A DNA stretch of 64,000 bases from Camelus dromedarius (lineage: Eukaryota). Of the stretch, positions 12,945 through 23,237 are shown piece by piece. Within the stretch, counting starts at the first letter, position 1. Each line of letters starts with the position of its first letter. The translations under genes and the position numbers were made by a program. The DNA is taken from positions 47,246,001 to 47,310,000 of the forward strand of contig NC_087436.1 of NCBI RefSeq assembly GCF_036321535.1. The letters run 5' to 3'. The notes beneath the pieces are model-generated. The model saw nothing but the letters and a program-made list of their open reading frames with translations. It searched no databases and was not told where the DNA came from.

Positions 12945-13245
12945 AGAGTCACACAGACATAGAAAACAAACTTATGGTCACCATGGGGGAAAGGGATAAA
13001 TTGGGAGTTTGAGATTTGCAAATACTATTATATATAAAATAGATAAACATCAAGTATCTTCTGTACAGCACAGGGAACTATGTTTAATATCTTGTAGTAA
13101 CCTATAATGAAAAGAATATGCAAACAAATATGTGTGTATATGTATGACTGAAACATTATGCTGCACACCAGAAATTGACATGCTGTAAACTGACTAACTT
13201 CAATTAAAAAAATAAAAAAGAAAAATTGAGTGTGTTCAAAAAAAA
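12945..13245 (+). mobile_element. LINE-1 3' end (artiodactyl/camelid type)
   Basis: ACAGACATAGAAAACAAACTTATGGT…CTGTACAGCACAGGGAACTA…CACCAGAAATTGACA followed by an A-rich tail. Confidence 0.88.
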
Positions 13246-13484
13246 GTCAAAGACCCAATAGTAACTTCCAGTTAGTAGAAAATGCATTTTTTTATGCACA
13301 AAGATATAAATGTTATGAACACATCTTAATTTCTCCTCTCAAAATACAGAAATAAAGAAAACCAGAAAATACGCTGCATTTCCATTAGCACATATGAATG
13401 TGCCTAGAAGAATGTCCAACAGAGAGCAAGTGTTCAGTGACTGTTTTCTTAATGTCCTCCACATGGTAGCTCAGAGGGACTTAC

Positions 13485-13602
13485 CTTTGGAGCGCACTGG
13501 AAATGCATTCCAGGCACAGGGAGAGTGGTGACGTACATCGTGATACAGCGATACAGGTATAAAGTTCCAATGATAAAAAAGAATCTGCGCCCCACTATTG
13601 AC
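13485..13602 (-). CDS. SGMS2: SGMS2 coding exon 2 (118 nt)
   Basis: Acceptor TCCTTTAG|G. Translates (K)SIVGRRFFFIIGTLYLYRCITMYVTTLPVPGMHFQCAPK. Donor AAG|GTAAGT. Phase matches the previous exon. Confidence 0.98.
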
Positions 13603-16600
13603 CTAAAGGAAGAATAGGGACGAGGAGATACGGGTTTACTGTTTTTTTTTCTCCTAAGGCAATATAAAATAATGCAGAACAAAGAATAATCGCCGTTTTC
13701 AAAACCGAAGATTCATATACTGCAATCAACCTAGGTGGGCTGGGCCCCAGAGGAACGAGTCTGTGGGGGTGGGGGAGTTAAAAGTAGACCAAGGGTTCTA
13801 GATCACCAGCACTCCTAGCCAGAGAATTCAGTGAACCTCTCTACGCTGTCAGTCAACTCACTGCATTAATAAGCTCTCGCTTGAGAACACAGCAAAGGTG
13901 CAAGCGAGCCACAGTCACAGAGGAATTAACTAATGCGCTAAGGTGGTGCTACATAATTGGGCACACAGGGAAACGGGACAACTGGCTTAACCTCAGTTAT
14001 ATAAGCAAGGTGTATTTGGGAATCCATCCAAAAATATTCTGACAACTTGGGCATGAACTATTTTGTCTATGACTACATAGATTTTCAGAGAATGACATTC
14101 TGAAGTTCAGTGTGTCCTCATGCATTTAAGGACATTTAAAAGTGAGGCTGTAAACTGATTAGTTTACCCTTACTTTATTTGATCTTGATTAAAAGGGCAA
14201 AAAACCCCAAAAAAACCCCACAAGTCCCTTCTCACTTTATATGTTCTGGTGGAGACAGCTGTCTTGACTAACATGAGTCCTTGTCCTTCACCAGTGAGCC
14301 CTCACTCTAAGGCAGTGGCTCCCAGAGCTGGCTTTGAGCACACAGGCCTCCAAAGGGAAGGGTGGAGTGGACGTCATGGGTACCTGAAGGGGCATCAGGA
14401 GTGCTGAGTGTCCTCACTTCCAGGCAAAGATGGCAACTCCCTTTCTGTTGTGTAGTTGTAGGTGGGTCTATAAACTCCGGGCTCTGGGGATTAAGAGATG
14501 GGTGGGATCCACAAAGCCCCTAGAATTATTAGTTGTAACTTCCCTAGTACATAAGATATACTTATTCTAGATCTCCCATTTTCAGGGCTCTCAGACTTCC
14601 AAAACTAGTACTGATCAAAAACCTCTGGAAAAACAGACAGATCCAGGCATGTTGCATATTTTTAAGTTTTCTCCAAGACGGTGGTCTGCCATGGATCAAG
14701 GTCTAATTCAGGTTAACTGCTAGGACTCCTAATTTAAAGAATTATGTACAAATATAATTTTAGCTGCCTGCTGGTCGCCAGGAGCTATTTTAAGGATATT
14801 TCAGGGTTTCTGGGGTCAAAATATAGACAGAAACACCACCGTGACTAGTTGAAAGTATTTACTTATTGCAAGGCATTTCTTTCAAAGGCTTGCTATTCTA
14901 GCTCTGCCTTTCCCAGTACTGAAGAGTTACAAGTGATAAAATATTGCTGAGCGTTTCTACTTGGTTAAGTGAAAAACTATTCACCCTTTGATTCAACCCC
15001 AGGTTCGAAAAGAGTGCTGAATTATTGTGCCCCATAGGGTGAAGTAATAGCAGGAATTATTATGAGTCGATTAGACTCATCCTGGTATTCAGAGCTGAGC
15101 TGTACTCAGAAATAAAAATTAACCTAGAGGTGAAACATGTACTCTGCAGCCTTATTTAGAGAAGGAACTGCTGCCAATGATTTTTCCCCCATAGCATTTC
15201 TTACTCAGCTGGAGTGTTCAAAAGAGTATAAAACTTACTCCACTAGTTACTAAAATATAAGATCCAATTCTACCTGAAATGTAAAAAGGAAAATTAATGT
15301 GATTTCCCCAGCAAGTTTCTGATGATGGTTGTGACCAAAACAGTGGTTACCATTAAAATGTGTGGCTGGCCTGTGTGACCACAGGTTTTGACATGGTAAA
15401 ACCTAAAGTGGTAATGGAGCGGCAGTTAACAGCAATTATCTAGGTGAAGATGCAAATAAATTGAAGCTGTGCTTCATTTAGGATAGAAGTCAGCTACTTA
15501 CTGGACCCTGGAAAACTTCTCTTTTCACACATATGTGAATAAAACTTTGCTCTAAAATAAAGGGGGAAGCAAGTATCTTTGGCCCAAGCAGTCTCTCTTG
15601 TAGTCAGTGCCAAATCTAGACACTAACAAGAAAAATGCTAACATTCAACAAATAACATTATTGGCTTTTATCACAAAGCATGGCATAACTAACAACTTCA
15701 GCAGCAAAAAGTTCTTCTCCTAAGCAAAAGACAACCGATAGCCAGGTCTTTTACTTATACATATCAGGGAAACATTAAGAGAGGTATTTTAAAGAAAATG
15801 CTTAGGAATGACTTCAGTTTGTGGAATAACTTTTCAAAACGGCAAACTCTTAAACAAAGACAGAGTGAATTCTTCTGATCTCAAAGCACCAATTGAAAGA
15901 AAAATACAGCATAAATTCCCTCTTTAAAAAATGATCTTTGTGGTATTAATACTGAAATCCTATTTGATTTTGAATTGTATCGACTATGTTAGCATACGTT
16001 ACATTTTCAAAAGCCTCAGTTTATGGGCAATGCTTTGATCAAACTTGTATCTTAGTGATTTAATCACCAGAATCTTAGAAGAGACCATCTGAATGACAGC
16101 TGAGAAGAAAAGGGGGTGCTGAGGGGTCTTGCTTTTTATGGACTCACAGTCAGAATTCGCAAGGAAACAACCAACCAATGCAGAGCCGTGTCCTATTTTT
16201 AGGTGTCTTCATAGTAAAAGTACCTGGCTTACTACTTCCTGGTTCCTGCTATTCTAAAACGGGAAGACTGAAACCAGTGAACTAAAGGCTCCTTTGTGAC
16301 AGTGTGGGGAGAGTAGAAGGCGTGTTTACTTTAGAAATCTAAAACCCAAACCACACAGACCCAGCTCTAAATGCAGTTTGTTAAACAAACTCTTGTGATT
16401 GGATTATCAATAGGCAAAAGGAAAAGAAATGCAAAGTTTGAGCACTCTTGCAAAGGAGCAAACCTCAAAGCCTGCTATTGACTATAGATCGATAAGAGTC
16501 ATCACATTATGAGCAATGGAGAAAAAAGCTTCCCAGCCCACTCCTTTCCCCACCTGTCAAGAGCCTGAAATAACACAAGCATGATGAAGTGAATCTTCGT

Positions 16601-16958
16601 CCTTTCCAAGCCTCCTGATTTATCAGGCAAATACCATAGTGCCAAGCTGCTTGAAATCAGAACGGCACCTTAAATTTACAGGCTCTGAATCATCTACCAC
16701 AGTATGTCTGTACTTTCGTACATGGTCCCACTTTCATACAGCTGCTTGATAAGTGCTTACTGAATAATGACTGGATTTATTCAATGCTGTAGCTCTTTCT
16801 ATTGCTTCCTTCCATCAAATGCCAGGATAAGACTGAATTTATCAGATAAAACCAAGAAAGAGAATTTCAATTACACATCTGCTCACTTAAATATAAACTA
16901 ATAGCAAACCGCTCCCACCCCCACCAAAAAACCCCAGAACATGTTCGACCTTACTTAC

Positions 16959-17413
16959 TTGTATCTCAGAAACAGCCACTGCGTGATCCATAATCCAACT
17001 AATATAATCCCATTTATTTCTGATACAGAAAATGCCCATTTCACCCGATCTATGTAATCAAAAAACTTGTCTGGGAGTGGAGGGCTGAGCTCCTTGGGAG
17101 GAACCCTCTCGTGCACAACCGTGATCATGACAGTTGTCAAGACGAGATTGAAAAGAGCGTACACAAAGGCGATGCCCGTTTTCCACCACTCGAGGGGAAA
17201 TTTGTTCCTGGACTCAGTGGGCATAGCAATCTGGATATAGTCTGGGTACTTTTTGGTGCCCTTCCGCAACCCGTTGGATAAGCTCTTAGGTTTACCATTG
17301 CCATTTTTGTTTTCTTCTTCAGCAGGCTCAGCAGGTCGTGTGTAAGTGCTTGTGGGATCGCTGGTCTGATTTTCCATGTGTTCTTCAAGCTTTGCAGTCT
17401 CTATGACATCCAT
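16959..17413 (-). CDS. SGMS2: Sphingomyelin synthase 2, coding exon 1 (codons 1-152 partial, 455 nt)
   Basis: Translates MDVIETAKLEEHMENQ...KKYPDYIQIAMP...FPLEWWKTGIAF...VHERVPPKELSPPLPDKFF...WLFLRY. Strong Kozak context ACAATGG. Donor AA|GTAAGT at 16958. Confidence 0.98.
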
Positions 17414-17659
17414 TGTCCCCCAGTCTTCAGATCAAAAAGGAGATGGTAAAGTTCTTGTTCTCTGTGGAAACTCAACTTTTCTTAATCCTTCTATTTCCAA
17501 GATCAACATGGACTCTTACAAGGGATTCTGTTTCCTAGGACAAGACATGGAAGGTGGCCATCTGGCTATTGTTCCTCCCGTGTGGCCACCTGCTGTACAT
17601 TCACCACTTTCAGGAAAGGAAGCCAATTTTCTTTCCCCCCAAAGATGTTACTATCCCAC
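17414..17659 (-). other. SGMS2: 5'UTR portion (246 nt) of the ATG-containing exon
   Basis: Strong acceptor TTCTGTTTTGTTTTTACAG|GTGGGA at 17660/17659. Contains four upstream ATGs. Confidence 0.8.
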
Positions 17660-18495
17660 CTGTAAAAACAAAACAGAACTATGTTCAGAAATTGTGCCTG
17701 TCCAAACTGTCCACTATCCAAAACAAAAACATTATCAAAATAAGAAAACAAATACCAAAGCCATTTGCTTTATAAATATATCATCAGAACATAGTTCAAG
17801 CTGCAGGGATGGAGTTTATTTATAAAACATTAAACTGTTTTATCTCGGAGTTCTTCTCTTTTGGAGCTGATGTCAGTGTAAATGGGAACATTTTAATAAT
17901 CAATTCCTTTGAAATTTCTTTAAATAAAAGTCAGGACCCCACATTGCAAGCACTTCCTCAGACACTAGCACTTGTTACTACCTGTGAAGTCACAATAAGC
18001 GAGAACCTCCCCAGAGTTCACATCGTCCCTCCCCAAGCCTGCACCTCTTCTACGAACCTTAAAGAATAAAAACTGTGATGAGTTGTTTACAGACACTAAG
18101 TCATTGTTATTCTCCACATTTGTCGAAATGGTCAACTTTCTATTTTCTTATTAAAAACTAAGATCTTTTTTTAAGTGACCACTTTTCACAACACATTCAA
18201 GAACTACACGTTCAAGATACTTCAAAAGGCACTACCTCTATTTATCCCTTTATATTCAGGGATGCAGACCATACACAAGAAAAGCCGATGGCCTTCGAGA
18301 TAACACTGTGAAGAAGATCCACGAAGCCTTTGCTATGGATTTAGGGAGCAAATTCTACTTGTAACTGGAAGGATAAAATAAAACTTACTACAACTAATAC
18401 AATAAATTAGTAACTAACAACATTTTGATGAGGTCACCACAGTGTCTACGGAACAACAGAAACGGGCACCCAGAGGGCCAGCTCCAGGCACTTAC

Positions 18496-18690
18496 CCGTC
18501 ACAACACCAGTGATGAAAGGTGCTCTCCGCTGAGGCTCCACAGGCTCCAAAGAGCCACGACGTCTCCACAACACAGAGCACCAGCGCCACCCCTTTTATA
18601 CGCGCTAGCCACACGGCCCAGCTGTTCTCAATTTAGGAAAGCCGCATTTTAGTCATGCCCCAGAACCCAGCCACCTGAAGGGGTTTTCCA
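18496..18690 (-). promoter_or_regulatory. Candidate alternative TATA promoter and ~75-nt first exon of SGMS2
   Basis: TATAAAAG at 18600-18593, donor CGG|GTAAGTG at 18496/18495, kappaB consensus GGGGTTTTCC at 18680-18689, AP-1-like TGACTAA at 18655-18649. Confidence 0.6.
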
Positions 18691-20439
18691 ACCTCGTAAT
18701 TAGTCCCCACCCAGAGTTCACTGCACAAGTTAAGCACAATCCTTTGCATCTTAAAGAACTCCCTTTCAGGGGAACTTCAGGAAAGGAAAATAGGGAGGAA
18801 TAAAAACTCAAAGTGGTGACAGCTAAGCCTCTATTTAACGATGAAGAGGGGGAAAGAAAAGTTAAAATGGCACAGTCAGTATGTACAGGCAGTATTTGGT
18901 GACAGTTGTGGATGGCAAAGAGCTCAACCACAAGTGTTTATTGTGGACCCAAATGTCCAGGCGCTGAGGTACATATAGGGGCAATTTAATGGAGTTTAAA
19001 AGAAAAAAAATCAACCTGAACATTCACCCACAGAGTTTGCAGTCTAACTGAAGAGACAGAACTAAAATGACAAAACTTTGGAGAAGACTGACTGGCATAT
19101 TGTAAAAGGAAGAAGGATGAGGTGGTCACCAGACTACAATGTAGCTTTAGCTGGATCCCTGCTCCCCTGACCAGGTGTGTCTGCAGAGAGCGGACAGCTC
19201 AAACTGTCATACTGGCATGGAAGAGCAAAGCTATATAGACCCCTGTTCCTGCTATTGAATACTTTCTCTGCCCAGAATCAAGTGGGTACTGAAGTGAAAG
19301 CAAGAGGAAAGTTATCCTGGCAGAGAAACAGAGGGTCCCTGGAGGATGAGGACCGCTGAAGAGGTATTACTGAAAATTTCAGACATCTCACCTTTCTCTT
19401 GTCCCCGTGAAAAGCCCCCAGCTGCTAACACATTAGAGCAGGGTGAGAAAGGACCAGTGCCCCTCTCTGTAAAACAGGGCTGACAGAGATGCCCTGCAGT
19501 CGCCTGGCACAATGCTGGAGGAAGAGAAAGTATAATTAAGAGGTGCCTCAGTAAGATACCTTCAAAACCAACCCTCAGCGCCATGGATTACTACTTCTAA
19601 TGGAGGTTCCCAGCGCTAACTCAGCCACTGCCTGTCTCTTTTTTTACCAACTTCAGGCTACACCACTCATAGCATCGTGCCAAACTGTCATCCAAATTCC
19701 CTCCAGCTTTACTACTCCACATTTGCTGCGAGCCTGGTACTAGTATGTGAAAGAAACGTGATTTTGAGACTGAGGTCTACCAGCGGACATACAGATGACC
19801 TTTATAAGGTAGCTACCTAGTTCTAGAATGTAGAATGTAGAACAGAAGAAAAGAGTTACTTTTTTTTTTTTTTTAAGAGGAAGCATTCAGCCCCCCACCT
19901 CCTGGGACAACCGGGAGAATGACTGAAATAATTAATCGTGAGGAGCGCTGAGCTCCTGGGAGTAAGAGCACTCTGAGAGTGCAAAGCCCATTTATCGTCA
20001 TTAGTGTCGGGACTGATACTTTCCTTGGGGTTTCATTAAGAAGATTAAATATACCAAGCACCTTCATCACGTGTCAACCAAACTTGGGACGCAATGTCTG
20101 TCATCAAGATGATGATTACAACACACTCATTCCTATGGTGATACTTTCCTACCAGTAAGTATCTGGAAAGTGACAAAAGCCACAGTAGTTCCTCTTGATG
20201 GATGGCAACCCCATTAGATCATCTGTTTAGGGTACTACACCAGGGGACAAAGCAGATGAAAAGCTTTCCAAGTCCTCTTACAATTGCAAAACACTGGAAG
20301 TTAGTCTCGAAAATATTTTAGAACTTTAACATCTCTATAGACTAATCCCCCTTTTAAAGGCAAGTGAAAAACTCTGAAACTTTTAATACAGTGTTTGCTA
20401 GGTCTCTTTCCTTTTTTTTTTTTTTTTTTTTTTTAAGAA

Positions 20440-21170
20440 CTAAGTATGATTTACTCCAGAAATGCAAGGAAGGTTTCAAATTAGAAAATAACTGTAATCA
20501 AATACAAACAGATGTAAAAAGAAAAGATATGATTGTCTTGAGTGAGGTCAAAGGGACATTTGATAAAACTCAGTACCCATTTGATTTTGGGGAGAGAAAT
20601 TGTCAACAATAGGAACAGAAATATAGGGCTATGCTCTTTCAATGCCATATCACAATTTTAGCTGTGTAAGATGTGTTCTGATATCTACTGTGAAAAAAAT
20701 CCTCCATCTTTTCATCCCTAAAGGAACTTCAGAATCTTTCTGTCAAATTACAAGAAAATCCATAATTTTGCATCTATGTTTTATTTCTATCACCTCTATC
20801 ATACTATAAAGGGTTCAACCTGAATGTATTAATATACAACATTGGTCATTTTTTCCTAATAATCCCAATAGTATTTTTTCTGTAATTTGGTAGAATGATT
20901 CTAAAGTTCATCAGGGAGTAGAAATGAGAGCAGCAGTAGAAGGGTTGTAACAGCAGGTATTAGACTATAGCAGGTAACTAATATTGGTATAATGGTACCC
21001 AGTTATTCTGTTTTGGGAATTTATCCCAAAGAAATAAGGATGTATGCAAAGTATCTCTACAAGTATGGTTTTCAACACAGCTATTTATAGGAAAGAATTA
21101 GAAATAGCTTAATATCCAACAACAGAGGGATTAAATAAATTACAGCCATCTTAATATTGTAAAATACTGT
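20440..21170 (+). mobile_element. Ancient LINE-1 fragments
   Basis: ORF segment MIVLSEVKGTFDKTQYPF resembles L1 RT MIISIDAEKAFDKIQHPF. Later pieces resemble the L1M ORF2 end and 3' region. Confidence 0.65.
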
Positions 21171-21894
21171 ATTTTGATACAGTAACTACAAAACCGTGAG
21201 ACAAGTACATTAATAGTACAAAGGCGCAGTAACCGATTTTAAGTAAAACTTAGATCTGAATAGGAGAAGTAGAACCTCAATAATTCATATCTGAGATTAT
21301 GGTTTATCAAAAATAGGAAAGGGACCACGTGACCGATTCTAGGCTCCAGGAAAAGATGCAAGTGGCCGACTCCCAGGTCTCCCCCAGCAGTTCTGACCTG
21401 AGGCTCACAGACAGCATCCTGCAGAGGAGACTCAGCGCAGACATGGGCTCCGGCTGATGGCCTTGGAAATGCTTGGCTTGCTAAATGTCGGTATTGCCCT
21501 GGTTGTGCATTTGGAGAGGTTAAGAAGATAAGATGTATTAAATGTGTAAACATAGTTTAAAAATTAAGGAAACTTATCTGAGTTTATATGTGGGTTTTAA
21601 TCTTTAAAAAGATATAATCGTTGAAAACAGAGGTTAAACATTGATCGAAGAAAATATGTTGCTAACATTTACAAACTGCAAATGATGAATCAAAGAGATT
21701 TACACATTATTTAAACGCTTAAGAAAAACTAGGTCCTGAAACGGAATTGAATATCAATGGAAACAAAAGAGCTGATGAGTTTCTTAACAGACATCAAGGC
21801 TTTCTCAGTCCTTAAAAAAGAAAACCCAGTTGACACCAAAAGCCATTAGAAAGTCAAGCTGTAGAATAAAAACAGCCACAATATCATTGTTCTC

Positions 21895-22092
21895 ATTAAA
21901 TGTTACCTAGGTGCCAGGTACTGTGCCCTGTGTATTATCTAATTAATCCTCATAACAATGCTTGAAAAGATTTTAAAGAATAGAAACTGACATAAAGTGA
22001 TATGCCTAAGGTCAGACAGGTAGGAACTGGCAGAGCTTAGATTTGAACCAGGAATTTGACCTGAGGAGCCCCTGTTCTTAATTCCACACCAC
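21895..22092 (-). mobile_element. MIR SINE
   Basis: GTGCCAGGTACTGTGC…TAATCCTCATAACAA…GAAACTGA…GCCTAAGGTCAGACAG…GATTTGAACCAGG. Confidence 0.75.
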
Positions 22093-23034
22093 CATCTCTA
22101 GTGCTATTATGTATTAGAGGCCAGCAGAGAAAAAGCAGTGAAAAAGCAGGTCAGCAGTGAAGAAGATAAAGGGACAAATTCTCTTTTAAAAAGAGAGATA
22201 CATATTTTAAATCTTCATAATTTTGCAAATGTATAAACTTAGGGAAAAAAATCAATATATAATTCTCTCGTGGTGGGGAGAACAGGGAAAGAGCCTGTTA
22301 AGTATTTCCTTGTTCCCCATATCTGCCATTTAATTATAGTTATTGTAATTAATAAACCACCATATTAAATTTATAATATAAGTATATTGAAATGTTAACA
22401 GGATCCAGTTTAGTTAAGGAATTTCATGTCTATAAAAGTTTTTTTTAGAGACCAAGACATCTGAGCTTTTCTTTATTAACAGTCTTAGAGCTCAACTTAC
22501 TTGTAAAAATCTTCCTACCTAAAATGGATAGGCATTAGGATGCTTACAGAAACAAGGGTGCCTTGTGAGTCATGGCATTCTATTTCAGAAACACCCATAA
22601 AATTTGTTAAATATTTTTACTAAGACTTTTTGAAAACTGAAAAGAAGATCCACTGTTTACTAAAAAATTATCATGCATATTTGTGAAATACTTTCCCAAC
22701 AAAAGTAACATGGAAAAGAGTCCTTGCCAGACCACCATAGGTCCCACATCTGGCCCTAGGCCCCACAGCTGTATAAGTATGAGAGATTTAAATTAGGGAA
22801 ATGGGTGGGTTGTAAGTTAGCTTTGTGACACTACTCTGAGAATGAACAGGGGGGAAATTTTTTTTTCTTTTATTTAAAAGATAGAATTGAAAAAGCAGCT
22901 ACCAGTAACTAATCCTGAACTTTGGCTGAGAGACGCTTGGGTAGAGAACAGATGTTTTGATTTCTGGTACTAACTTACTATCCCATGCTGAGGCAGACTG
23001 GACAACTTTAGTTCCATATCCAGTTGTCATAAGA

Positions 23035-23237
23035 GAAAGACACAGTCTATCAACAGTGGTTGCCGGTGGGAATGGAGAGTGACTGCAAATAAACTAAAGT
23101 TTCTTTCTGGGGTGATGGAAATGTTCTAAAAGTAGACCAGGATGATGGTTGCACAATTCTGTAAATTTATTAAAAACCACTTAACTATCCTTAAAACACC
23201 TGAATTTTATAGGATGTAAGTTGTAACTCCATTAAGC
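23035..23237 (+). mobile_element. L1MB-like 3' end fragment
   Basis: TGGGGTGATGGAAATGTTCTAAAAGTAGA…GATGGTTGCACAATTCTGTAAAT, similar to 45510-45650. Confidence 0.75.

Noticed and set aside
17376..17825. 149-aa plus-strand ORF antisense to the SGMS2 start and 5'UTR
   Set aside because: No recognisable domain, runs into AT-rich intron, and has no supporting promoter or splice structure; consistent with chance.
19540..20130. Mildly CpG-enriched unique segment that could be another alternative first exon
   Set aside because: Only weak donors (GAAG|GTATCT) and no clear core-promoter motif.
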